This document shows, one piece after another, positions 19,033 to 28,168 of a stretch of 64,000 nt of DNA. The notes beneath the pieces were generated by a model. It made no database searches and was not told the DNA's origin. It was given only the letters and a program-made list of their open reading frames with translations. The position numbers and the translations under genes were made by a program. Where the stretch lies: the NCBI GenBank assembly GCA_965199825.1, contig OZ241329.1:2080001-2144000 (forward strand), read 5' to 3'. The number at the start of each line of letters is the position of its first letter. Positions within the stretch are counted from its first letter, which is position 1. Source of the stretch: Bdellovibrionales bacterium (GTDB taxonomy: Bacteria > Bdellovibrionota > Bdellovibrionia > Bdellovibrionales > UBA1609).

Positions 19033-19955
19033 ATTCAAAACTTGAAATCGATCAATTCCTAGAAGCCGCAAATCAAATTATCATCGGTAAAAAACAGCAA
19101 ATTAAATTGAGTTTGTGCACGGTGCTTTCAGAAGGACATTTGTTGATCGAAGATGTTCCGGGTGTTGGGAAAACCACACTTGTTCGGCTTTTAGCAAAGG
19201 CTCTCGGATTAAAATCCAGCCGGGTTCAGTTTACCAATGATCTCTTGCCCGCCGATATTTTAGGAACCTCGATATTTGATGCGCGAACCTCGGGATTCTC
19301 GTTTCATCAGGGGCCAATTTTTAATCAGATCGTGATTGCGGATGAGTTAAACAGAGCCACTCCAAAAACCCAAAGCGCATGTCTTGAAGCCATGGAAGAG
19401 CGAAGGGTGAGTATCGACGGACGGAGTTACGATTTACCAAAACCTTTTGTGCTTGTTGCAACCCAAAATCCTTTGGAGCAAGCAGGAACCTATCCACTTC
19501 CAGAAGCTCAGCTTGATCGTTTTTTAATGCGCATTGAAATCGGCTATCCCGATCGCGAGTCTGAAAAACAACTTCTCAAAGGCGATTCGAGAGAGAGCCT
19601 TTTGCAGGGAATGAAAAGCATCATGACGCCCGAGGAAGTTCTCAATCATCAGGCAAAAACAAAAAATATTTATATTGCGGATTCGGTGATTCAATACATT
19701 CAAAATCTTTTAGAATTTTCGCGCTCTCAAGCAGTTGATCAAAAAGGGCTATCTCCCCGAGCGGGCCTAGCCCTGGTGCGTGCTGCAAAAAGTTATGCCT
19801 ACATCGAAGGCCGCGATCATGTGTTGCCAGATGATGTGAAAGCGGTGGCGGTAGCGGTGATGGGCCATCGACTCAATCATATGACCGATCAAACCGCGTC
19901 GGAAGGGCAGCGGCGTGCTTTAGAGATTCTTGATTCTGTCTCAGTGGATGAGTGA
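19029..19955 (+). CDS. moxR: MoxR-family AAA+ ATPase
   Basis: GHLLIEDVPGVGKT, RVQFTNDLLPAD, ADELNRATPKTQSA, ATQNP, LPEAQLDRF. Confidence 0.94.
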   Translation: MNSKLEIDQFLEAANQIIIGKKQQIKLSLCTVLSEGHLLIEDVPGVGKTTLVRLLAKALGLKSSRVQFTNDLLPADILGTSIFDARTSGFSFHQGPIFNQIVIADELNRATPKTQSACLEAMEERRVSIDGRSYDLPKPFVLVATQNPLEQAGTYPLPEAQLDRFLMRIEIGYPDRESEKQLLKGDSRESLLQGMKSIMTPEEVLNHQAKTKNIYIADSVIQYIQNLLEFSRSQAVDQKGLSPRAGLALVRAAKSYAYIEGRDHVLPDDVKAVAVAVMGHRLNHMTDQTASEGQRRALEILDSVSVDE

Positions 19956-20815
19956 TGAAGCGGATTTATATTCTTCCCACAGGGCACGGCTTAGTTTTTT
20001 TGTGCTCCATCGTATTTATGATTCTGACCGCTGCAAGCTTCAATAATAACCTAGTCTACATTTTGTCTTTTGTGCTGTTTGGTGTGTTTTTTGTCTCTAT
20101 GATTCAAACAAATATCAATCTCAAGAAATTGAAATTCAAAAATTGCACCATTGCCGATCAAGTGAGTGATCAAACAATAACGATATGGCTTACGTTTGAG
20201 ACCACAAATAATAAAAAGGTGGAGTGTATTGATCTCGGATCAAAGCAGTTGGTGGAGCGAGTGGGAGAGATCAATCAAACTTTAAGAGTAAAAGCATTTA
20301 TCCCGTCACAAAAAAGAGGTCGCCATATTCTAAAAAAGTTTCGGGTGTCGACGACCTATCCGCTCGGGCTTTTTAGGGCGTGGACCCAGCTTGACCTTTC
20401 TTGTGCCTATTACATCTACCCCAATCCAATAAAAAATAATAAATCCAGTAGTTCAAAAGGTGCCGACGGCGAATCTAGTTCTTTGCTCCATCAGCGCGCG
20501 CAAGAATTTTATGATCATCGCGCTTTTCAATTTGGCGATAACTCGCATCATATTGATTGGAAGGCGTATGCGCGGGGGCGTCCGCTTTTGATCAAGCGCT
20601 TTCAAGGTCATCTCAATACCATTTCACATTTTGTGTTAGATGAGAGCGATGTGGAAAGATCTTTATCTTTGATCACCGCTGATATTTTAGACATTAAAAA
20701 ATCACAAAACGATTTTTCACTCAAAATGAGTGCAACCGCACAACCTCAAAAATTTAACTCAAAACAAACAGCGATGGCTCTCAGATTATTGGCGACTTAT
20801 GGACACGTTGCTTAA
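19952..20815 (+). CDS. DUF58 domain protein
   Basis: YILPT plus TM segments, YPLGLFRAW, EFYDHRAFQFGD...IDWKAYAR. Follows moxR. Confidence 0.88.
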   Translation: MMKRIYILPTGHGLVFLCSIVFMILTAASFNNNLVYILSFVLFGVFFVSMIQTNINLKKLKFKNCTIADQVSDQTITIWLTFETTNNKKVECIDLGSKQLVERVGEINQTLRVKAFIPSQKRGRHILKKFRVSTTYPLGLFRAWTQLDLSCAYYIYPNPIKNNKSSSSKGADGESSSLLHQRAQEFYDHRAFQFGDNSHHIDWKAYARGRPLLIKRFQGHLNTISHFVLDESDVERSLSLITADILDIKKSQNDFSLKMSATAQPQKFNSKQTAMALRLLATYGHVA

Positions 20816-22784
20816 AAAACGAAAACCGATTCTTTATATTTTGGTTTTGATCAATGTCTTAAGTGTGGCCACCGATCTTGAGCAGTGGATGGTTGCCCTT
20901 TCGCTCACATTTATCTGCTGGAGTTTTTTAAGTGAGAACTACAAGAATATAAAGCCGCCCCGATACGTAGTTTGGTTGACCGCGGTGGTGTCTGCCCTTT
21001 TGGTGTTGAATCAGTACGACATGTTGTGGGGAGTGCAGTCGGCACTGGCATTACTGGCTCTTCTTGTGCCGCTTAAACTTTTTGAAAGTACAACTTATCG
21101 CGATATGATGTTTTTGACTTATCTTTGCTTTTTTGTGCTGATGGCAAAACTCCTCTTGTCACAAACTTTGTTTACCACTGTTTTTATGGGATGTGACACC
21201 GTCGCACTTTTGGCCTTGATGGCCTCTTTTCATAAACAGGATCAAAATTTTTCGTTTTTTAGTTTATTAAAACAAATTTTACTTTTATCGATTTTGGCTA
21301 TTCCTATTTTATTTATATTTTTCGTTCTCTTTCCACGATTTGAAACCTCGTTTTTTTCGCGTTCTCAAGAAAATACCGGATCGATTGGATTTTCAGATCA
21401 GCTGAAGCCCGGAAGTATTTCAAAGCTGATTCAGAGTGAAGAGGTGGCATTGCGGGTTTCCTCAGATCAAGAATTTCCGCCACTTGATCACCTTTATTTT
21501 AGAGGCTCGGTGCTCTCCCTCTCAAAAGGCCTAGAGTGGCAAAAATTAAAATCGGTAGAGCGGCATGCGGCCAATAAACCTTTAGATCTTAGTCAAGCGA
21601 TCCATTACGATTTTATTTTGGAGCCGCAATTTGATCGAATGTTATTTTCGCTCGACTGGCCACTCTGGATTGAATTTAAAAATGAATCTCAAAACGCCCA
21701 ACTTGAGCGCGGAGATGGTTTTATTTTTAGTAGCGCAATAGAGTTCACAACCAGAAGCTTATACCGCGAATATTCAAGCCCTGATGTCTACAAGATTCCT
21801 TGGCGCGAAGAGCTGATTCAGCCTGAATTTTATTTGAACCTTGAGGATGTGGAAGCTCCACGTGCGAGGTTGTTCGTGAACCAACTGATCAATTTGCATT
21901 TAAGCCAAAGCGAATTGATTTCGCGGCTGCTTGAGTTTTATCAACAGAATTTTAAATACTCCTTAAATCCTCCCTTGGCGCGAAATCTCGATGAATTTTT
22001 GTTTGAAACTCGAGTGGGATTTTGTGAGCACTTTGCCGCAAGTTTTGCCACCCTTCTACGCATGGCCCATATTCCCTCACGGGTGGTCTTGGGCTTTCAG
22101 GGTGGAACGCGCAGTGCTTTTGGAAATTTCGTCACCGTTCGAAATTTGGATGCTCATGCTTGGCTCGAATACTATAGCAAAGAGCAAAAAATTTGGCGTC
22201 GTCTTGATCCCACCTCTGTGGTCGCCCCGGATCGATTGCGTTTAGGTGCCGAACGATTTGGCGATTCCGAATTGCAAAAGATCGGGCAACTCTCTGATCG
22301 CTATCCGTTATTATCGAAAGTGTTTGGCTCAGAGGTCAGTCAGATTTATTTTCGAATCCGGCGTATGCTGGATCAAGGCGAGTCGTCGTGGATTCAATTT
22401 TTATTGCAATTTGATTCAAACTTTCAAAAACATTTTTTTGAAAAGTTTGATTTTTCTTATCTCAAACTGTTTTTATTTTTGATTTTGAGTAGCTTTGTTA
22501 TTTTCTGTGCAATCTATCTCGTGCTTCGCCCAAGGCGACGTCGCGAAGATCCAGTTCTCAAGGCCTATGCGGGTTTGTTAAAAAAACTCAAAACCAAAGG
22601 TTTTGAAAAAAGCCCAAGTGAGGCGCCACTCGAATTCGAAAACAGGGTTTTAACAACTCTAAAAGAGCCCGAACTCCAAGCTCTTTTTGTTGAATGGCGA
22701 ACTCTGCGCTATTCGTCAGCTAATAATTCCAAACAAGCACTGCTTGATTTTAAAAAGCACGTCAAACTCTTGCGTCTGAGTTGA
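20799..22784 (+). CDS. tgpA: Membrane transglutaminase TgpA-like (DUF3488, transglutaminase core, DUF4129)
   Basis: N-terminal TM segments, LFPR, GFCEHFA (Cys), AHAWLE (His), LDPT (Asp). Confidence 0.88.
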   Translation: MDTLLKKRKPILYILVLINVLSVATDLEQWMVALSLTFICWSFLSENYKNIKPPRYVVWLTAVVSALLVLNQYDMLWGVQSALALLALLVPLKLFESTTYRDMMFLTYLCFFVLMAKLLLSQTLFTTVFMGCDTVALLALMASFHKQDQNFSFFSLLKQILLLSILAIPILFIFFVLFPRFETSFFSRSQENTGSIGFSDQLKPGSISKLIQSEEVALRVSSDQEFPPLDHLYFRGSVLSLSKGLEWQKLKSVERHAANKPLDLSQAIHYDFILEPQFDRMLFSLDWPLWIEFKNESQNAQLERGDGFIFSSAIEFTTRSLYREYSSPDVYKIPWREELIQPEFYLNLEDVEAPRARLFVNQLINLHLSQSELISRLLEFYQQNFKYSLNPPLARNLDEFLFETRVGFCEHFAASFATLLRMAHIPSRVVLGFQGGTRSAFGNFVTVRNLDAHAWLEYYSKEQKIWRRLDPTSVVAPDRLRLGAERFGDSELQKIGQLSDRYPLLSKVFGSEVSQIYFRIRRMLDQGESSWIQFLLQFDSNFQKHFFEKFDFSYLKLFLFLILSSFVIFCAIYLVLRPRRRREDPVLKAYAGLLKKLKTKGFEKSPSEAPLEFENRVLTTLKEPELQALFVEWRTLRYSSANNSKQALLDFKKHVKLLRLS

Positions 22785-22806
22785 ATCTTTGCTCTTTACT
22801 TAAAAC

Positions 22807-25182
22807 ATGACGAGCTCGACCACCCCACTCATGAAGCAGTATTGGGAAATTAAAACTCAACACTCTGACAAAATTGTTTTGTTTCGGATGGGTGATTTTT
22901 ACGAGATGTTTCATCGCGACGCCGAAGTGGCAGCACCATTATTGGGAATCCAACTGACCCAGCGAAATAAAAAAGCCAAAGATGTCACCAAAATGTGTGG
23001 TGTTCCACATCATAGCATTGCGGGCCCGATTGCAAAGTTGTTGGCTCAGGGTCATAAGGTTGCGGTTGTTGAACAAACCGAAGATCCAAAATTTGCCAAG
23101 GGCTTAGTTCGGCGCGAAGTCACCCGAATCTTAACACCAGGAATGGTTTATGATCCCTCAACCTTAAATGAGTTGAGCGCCAATTATATTGTGGCCTACG
23201 ACAATGAGTCTTTAAGTGCGGTAGACACCTCAACCGGTGAAGCCTTTTTTTATCAAACCAAAGAGGTTCAGCGTTTAATTGAGCTGTTAAGACCAAGCGA
23301 AATTCTGGTGGCTCATCCACAATTACATAATGAAAAAACTCATCTTCATCTTGTGCCTCAAGACTTTGGCAATTTAGATTTACCCTTAAGTGCTCGCTGC
23401 GTGATTCATTACCTAAAAAGTTTAAATGCCGATGTGGAATTGATATTTGAACAGCGCAGATTAGACCGGGTTTTAAATTTATCTCCAGAAGCCCTAAGGG
23501 CGTTAGAGATTTTTGAAAACGCAAGGGGCGAAACCTCACAAACTTTATTTGAAAGCATGAGACAGTTTAAAACCTCGAGTGGCGCGCGCCTGTTTCGTTC
23601 GTGGCTTAAATTTCCATTGCTTGATCTGGATGAGATTGATCGTCGACACAATTTGATTGATCTTCATATTCAGGATCTTTCAAATCTAAAAGATATCAGA
23701 GAAAATTTAAGTTATCTCGGAGATGTCGAACGAAAGTTAAGTAAAGCTCTTTTGTTGACCAGCACAGCGAGAGACTTAAACAATCTCAAAAGTTCTATTG
23801 AGGTCGGATTAAAATTAAATCTAGACTTAAAAGAATTAAAAATAATTGTCGATGACATTGAGCGAACAATTGAGCCCGACTCGCCCTCGAATCACAAAGA
23901 GGGCGGATACATCAAACAAGATTATAGTTCAGAGCTTAAAGAACTCCTGTCTTTAAGTGAGAATTCGAATCAAAAACTCTTAGAGATGGAAAGCTTACTC
24001 AAGGAGCAAACAAAAATCTCTTCGCTAAAAATCAGATACAATTCGGTTTTTGGTTTTTATATTGAGGTCACCAACACTCATCTTGAAAAAGTGCCCTCCA
24101 ATTTTTTAAGAAAGCAAACTTTGGTCAATGCCGAGCGCTTCACCACAAAAGAATTAGAACAACTCGAAGTCCAAATTCTTTCGGCAAAAACAAAACGTCT
24201 CGAGCTTGAACTCCAAATCTTTTTGGATCTCAAACAAAAACTAAAAACTTCGGCCCAGGATATTTTACTGGCTGCAAGAAAATGGGCTGAGCTTGATGTG
24301 GTCACAACTTTGGCGTGGCTCTCGATTGAGCGAAAGTATACGCGGCCCAAATTTATCAAAAATAACGGACTGACGCTGGTTCATTCCAGGCATCCTTGCT
24401 TGGAACTCACGCGCGGAAAAACTTTTACCAGTAACACGATCGTGATCAAACCAGGCCAGTGTCTTTTACTCACAGGCCCCAACATGGCGGGTAAGAGTAC
24501 GATCATGCGCCAAGTGGCCTTGACCGTTTTGCTCGCCCAAGTGGGATGTTTTGTTCCGGCCGAGCAGGCCCAAATTTCTTTGGTGGATGGGATTTTTACG
24601 CGTCTTGGATCGAGTGATCAGTTGAGCGAGGGAATGTCGACTTTTATGGTGGAGATGACCGAGACGGCCGAAATCCTCAGACTTGCCACTCAAGATTCGC
24701 TCATTCTTCTCGATGAGATTGGCCGCGGCACAAGTACCTATGATGGATTAAGTCTTGCGCAATCGTTACTCGAACATTTGGTTGAGCATAAAAAAAGTTT
24801 TTTACTTTTTGCGACCCATTACCATGAGCTCACCAGCTTAAAAGATCGGTTTAAAAATATCTCGAATCGGCATATGCGAATTGCCGAAAAAAACGGGCAC
24901 ATCGAATTTTTGCATACTCTAGCCGAAGGTGCGGCTCAAAAAAGCTATGGATTACATGTGGCAAAACTCGCAGGGGTTCCCACTTCGGTGATCGCTCGAG
25001 CACAAACTTTGTTAAAATCTTTTGAATCTCAACCCCAACAATTGAGTTTGTTAGAAACGATGCAGGATCAAAGCCTTAACGATCTTAAAAATAAAGTTTT
25101 GAGTCTCGACTTAAACCAAACCACACCTATGGATGCACTTTTAAAGTGGAAGGCGCTGCAGTCGGAATGTTTGGATCTTTGA
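22807..25182 (+). CDS. mutS: DNA mismatch repair protein MutS (compact, 791 aa)
   Basis: TPLMKQY, FRMGDFYE, MCGVP, TGPNMAGKST, STFMVEM, DEIGRGTST, SYGLHVA. Confidence 0.97.
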   Translation: MTSSTTPLMKQYWEIKTQHSDKIVLFRMGDFYEMFHRDAEVAAPLLGIQLTQRNKKAKDVTKMCGVPHHSIAGPIAKLLAQGHKVAVVEQTEDPKFAKGLVRREVTRILTPGMVYDPSTLNELSANYIVAYDNESLSAVDTSTGEAFFYQTKEVQRLIELLRPSEILVAHPQLHNEKTHLHLVPQDFGNLDLPLSARCVIHYLKSLNADVELIFEQRRLDRVLNLSPEALRALEIFENARGETSQTLFESMRQFKTSSGARLFRSWLKFPLLDLDEIDRRHNLIDLHIQDLSNLKDIRENLSYLGDVERKLSKALLLTSTARDLNNLKSSIEVGLKLNLDLKELKIIVDDIERTIEPDSPSNHKEGGYIKQDYSSELKELLSLSENSNQKLLEMESLLKEQTKISSLKIRYNSVFGFYIEVTNTHLEKVPSNFLRKQTLVNAERFTTKELEQLEVQILSAKTKRLELELQIFLDLKQKLKTSAQDILLAARKWAELDVVTTLAWLSIERKYTRPKFIKNNGLTLVHSRHPCLELTRGKTFTSNTIVIKPGQCLLLTGPNMAGKSTIMRQVALTVLLAQVGCFVPAEQAQISLVDGIFTRLGSSDQLSEGMSTFMVEMTETAEILRLATQDSLILLDEIGRGTSTYDGLSLAQSLLEHLVEHKKSFLLFATHYHELTSLKDRFKNISNRHMRIAEKNGHIEFLHTLAEGAAQKSYGLHVAKLAGVPTSVIARAQTLLKSFESQPQQLSLLETMQDQSLNDLKNKVLSLDLNQTTPMDALLKWKALQSECLDL

Positions 25183-25293
25183 CATCGTCTGTCTAGACCC
25201 AAAACAATTTTATGTTTGCCTCTTGCGGACTATCACAAAGGCTGTCAGACTTTAATACAGTTAACGAACACCATCATTGGGGAGGGAGCAAGG

Positions 25294-25671
25294 ATGCTCA
25301 GAGATGTCCTAATTCAAAAAGGTCTGTCGAATAGAGAAGCAGAGGTCGCGGAACTCGTGACTAAAGGACTTTCCAACAAGGAAGTTGCCAATCAATTGTT
25401 TGTCACAGAGAAAACTGTGAAGTTTCATCTGACAAATATCTATAAGAAAATGAGCGTGAAAAGTCGAGCTCAACTTATTGTATGGTGCTTGCCACATCTT
25501 GGATTTGTCGAAAAAGAAGAGCGCGCCATCGAGAGCAATCAACTCAATGCAAGCCAGCAAGCCCCAACGATTCCGGTGGGCAATGCAACCGTTGGTCAAA
25601 CTTCGGCCGCTCCAGCTATTCCGACTTTAAATCGTGGAAACGATGCGGGTCACGACGCTGGTTCTTTCTAA
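25294..25671 (+). CDS. Solo LuxR/GerE-type HTH transcriptional regulator
   Basis: LSNREAEVAELVTKGLSNKEVANQLFVTEKTVKFHLTNIYKK. GGAGG RBS before the ATG at 25294. Confidence 0.93.
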   Translation: MLRDVLIQKGLSNREAEVAELVTKGLSNKEVANQLFVTEKTVKFHLTNIYKKMSVKSRAQLIVWCLPHLGFVEKEERAIESNQLNASQQAPTIPVGNATVGQTSAAPAIPTLNRGNDAGHDAGSF

Positions 25672-25677
25672 AAGAAA

Positions 25678-26157
25678 ATGAATGTGAAGGAAGCCCGTCC
25701 CGTCGACCATTCGATTGTCATCATGACGGAGATGGTGCTTCCGAGTCACACCAACGCTTTAGATTCTATTTTTGGCGGTGTGATTATGTCTTGGATCGAT
25801 ATTGCCGCCGCAATTTCAGCACAGCGCCATAGCGGATCACAAGTGGTCACCGCATCGATTGATGATCTTCATTTTGTCCAACCCGTATACAAAGGTTGGA
25901 TTGTGAATCTCAAGGCTTCGGTGAATTTTACGGGTCGAACATCAATGGAAGTCGGTGTTCGAATTGACGCCGAAAATCCAATCAAAGATCAAACCTTTCA
26001 TACGGCTTCGGCCTATCTGACTTTTGTAGCTGTGGATGCTCAAGGTAATCCTGTGGAGATTCCGCAAGTGATCGCCCAAACCGAAGATCAAAAAAGACGA
26101 TTTGCCGCCGCTCAAGTGCGGCGAAAATTGCGACTCGAACGGCGCAAAAAGTATTAG
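25678..26157 (+). CDS. Acyl-CoA thioesterase (hotdog fold, YciA-like)
   Basis: VLPSHTN..IFGG..MSWID, VTASID, GRTSMEV, TFVAVD. Confidence 0.9.
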   Translation: MNVKEARPVDHSIVIMTEMVLPSHTNALDSIFGGVIMSWIDIAAAISAQRHSGSQVVTASIDDLHFVQPVYKGWIVNLKASVNFTGRTSMEVGVRIDAENPIKDQTFHTASAYLTFVAVDAQGNPVEIPQVIAQTEDQKRRFAAAQVRRKLRLERRKKY

Positions 26158-27116
26158 CGAGCTAAAATTCTTTTTAAGTCATCCAAAAATGGCAGCAACG
26201 AGTGATTGTTGAGAAAGTTCGGATCAAGCTCAAGTCTTTGTCTGACACTCAAGTAGGATTTCTGTGCCGGAAAAGATAAAATCTGTTTATCCTTTTTTAA
26301 TGCTCGCTTGATCATTTTTGATTTGATCGCAAGGTAATCGACAAATAAATCGAATTGAGTCTTGTTACTGTTAAGAAGTCGCTCAAAATCCTGGCCTATA
26401 TCTTTGTAATTCTCATTTGAAAGTAAGAGATCGCGAAGCTGAGTGATTTCTTGAATTAACGCTTGCTGATTCTCGATGAGGTGACGTTGAGTCATCAATC
26501 GAAAAACAAATTCAGCCACATCATCAAACAAGGGTTTGCTGTAATCGGCGGTCAATTCTTTTAGATCTAAATCAATCTGATGATCTTTATAGGTGAGGGT
26601 GAGATGAAATCGTACAGACTTTTCCCAACTGCTGAGGCTGATATTTTTCATCGCGATTTTTTGTGGGATGAGAGATGCGTCGATGGGATTGAGATTGATC
26701 AACTGGGCCGCTAAACTTTTTTGAAGTCTGGTGGCGTCGGTAAAATCCTTATTTGTTTCAATTTCGAAATCAATATGGTGATCAAAACGATGTTGCGAAA
26801 GCAACTCTCGGTCTTCGTGGGTAAATGCGGTGGGAAATCCACTGAAGCTCGCGGCCAAAACACTATTGAGCCATGAGGGATTTGTTTCAAGTAATGTGAG
26901 CAATTGAAATGGCATAAAGCGATTGGCCACGCGGGTGAGAAGAGAGGAGCAGCTATTGTGCTGACTATTTTGGCCTCGAAAAAGATCCATCGCTTGCTGC
27001 TGATCCGGGTTAAAAGGTTTTTTTACTGCTTGGATGCGGATGTCGAGATCCTCTAAACGGGTTAAGCTCAAAGCGGGAAGACTTAAAAAAATCAAACTCA
27101 TCAAAAAATACTTCAT
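26154..27116 (-). CDS. Secreted hypothetical protein, paralog 3 of 3
   Basis: Signal peptide; motifs shared with the two upstream ORFs. Confidence 0.75.
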   Translation of the reverse strand: MKYFLMSLIFLSLPALSLTRLEDLDIRIQAVKKPFNPDQQQAMDLFRGQNSQHNSCSSLLTRVANRFMPFQLLTLLETNPSWLNSVLAASFSGFPTAFTHEDRELLSQHRFDHHIDFEIETNKDFTDATRLQKSLAAQLINLNPIDASLIPQKIAMKNISLSSWEKSVRFHLTLTYKDHQIDLDLKELTADYSKPLFDDVAEFVFRLMTQRHLIENQQALIQEITQLRDLLLSNENYKDIGQDFERLLNSNKTQFDLFVDYLAIKSKMIKRALKKDKQILSFPAQKSYLSVRQRLELDPNFLNNHSLLPFLDDLKRILAR

Positions 27117-28162
27117 CGATTTTTACTTTCTCGTAAGATCCTAAAAAAGGTTTTTGTATCCTCCGAATTGAGATCGCTATAAAGGGGGGTTTCCAAAACT
27201 TTATTGAAATCTAGAGCCCAAGCGCCGATCAACGACGGCTCAACCGAAAAAGCAAAATGGCCGTGTAAGTCGTCAATGCGTTGCAGTTCAGAATTATAAT
27301 AAAAGTAGGGGTATGCTTTTTTTAAAAAATTCTCTTTGATGATGAAGTAAGTTTTAAAAATATCGTAGCTGTTTGTGGCAATAAGCTGATCTCGATGGGG
27401 ATGATTTAAGATCGCTTCCAAACTTTTAATAAAGGGTTCGACAAAATCAAATTGGGGCTTGCGAGCAAGCCTCTGAAGATCAAAACGGAATTTGATGATC
27501 TCATCCAAAATTCTTGGCCCCAACAGATCATAATTTCTTAAAATGCTTATCAATTCGTGAGCTAGAGCTTTGCTCTGTTCCTGATCGGTGTGAATCAAAA
27601 CGTCGGTGGTTTTTTTAACACCATATTCAGAAATCAAGGTGATCTCAAAGGAGACTTGTTTGCGGTAATAATCATAATCAAGATAGCGCAAACTGTAGCG
27701 GGGCGGATTGCTCTTTAGAGCCGAGCGCTCTAAGGGCGTCACCACATGAGCATTGAGGTAGAATTCTGTGTCAAGATGATCAAAGTTGATGATGTCATAG
27801 GGATTAAATTCGATCGAGAGGGGATTTGCGGTATTGATCCACGCGCGCTCGGACTCGCTCAATTCTTTTTGATTTAAAAAAACATGAGATAAAGCAAGTC
27901 GGAGCCATGAGGGAGCGCTTAGAATCGCTTGATGTAAGTCAATATCGCGCCGGTTTTGGAGGTACTTGCGGCAAGCCAAATGGTCATTCAATTTTTTAAA
28001 GTGCTCAAATAAAAATTGTCTACTCGAGCCTAAATCGCTTTTGTTTTTTTGCTCAACTAAAATTTCATCTCCCACTTTGACTGCGGGCAGTGTGAGAATG
28101 GGTTCGGCAAAAACGAGCTGGCAAAACAAAATTCCAGCTCCAATTTTAAAGAGGCTTGCCAT
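27113..28162 (-). CDS. Secreted hypothetical protein, paralog 2 of 3
   Basis: Signal peptide (..LVFA); ATGA overlap with the next gene; shared motifs. Confidence 0.75.
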   Translation of the reverse strand: MASLFKIGAGILFCQLVFAEPILTLPAVKVGDEILVEQKNKSDLGSSRQFLFEHFKKLNDHLACRKYLQNRRDIDLHQAILSAPSWLRLALSHVFLNQKELSESERAWINTANPLSIEFNPYDIINFDHLDTEFYLNAHVVTPLERSALKSNPPRYSLRYLDYDYYRKQVSFEITLISEYGVKKTTDVLIHTDQEQSKALAHELISILRNYDLLGPRILDEIIKFRFDLQRLARKPQFDFVEPFIKSLEAILNHPHRDQLIATNSYDIFKTYFIIKENFLKKAYPYFYYNSELQRIDDLHGHFAFSVEPSLIGAWALDFNKVLETPLYSDLNSEDTKTFFRILRESKNR

Positions 28163-28168
28163 AATCGC

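Noticed and set aside
25216..25293. TTG-start extension of the LuxR gene
   Set aside because: A strong RBS lies directly before the ATG at 25294.
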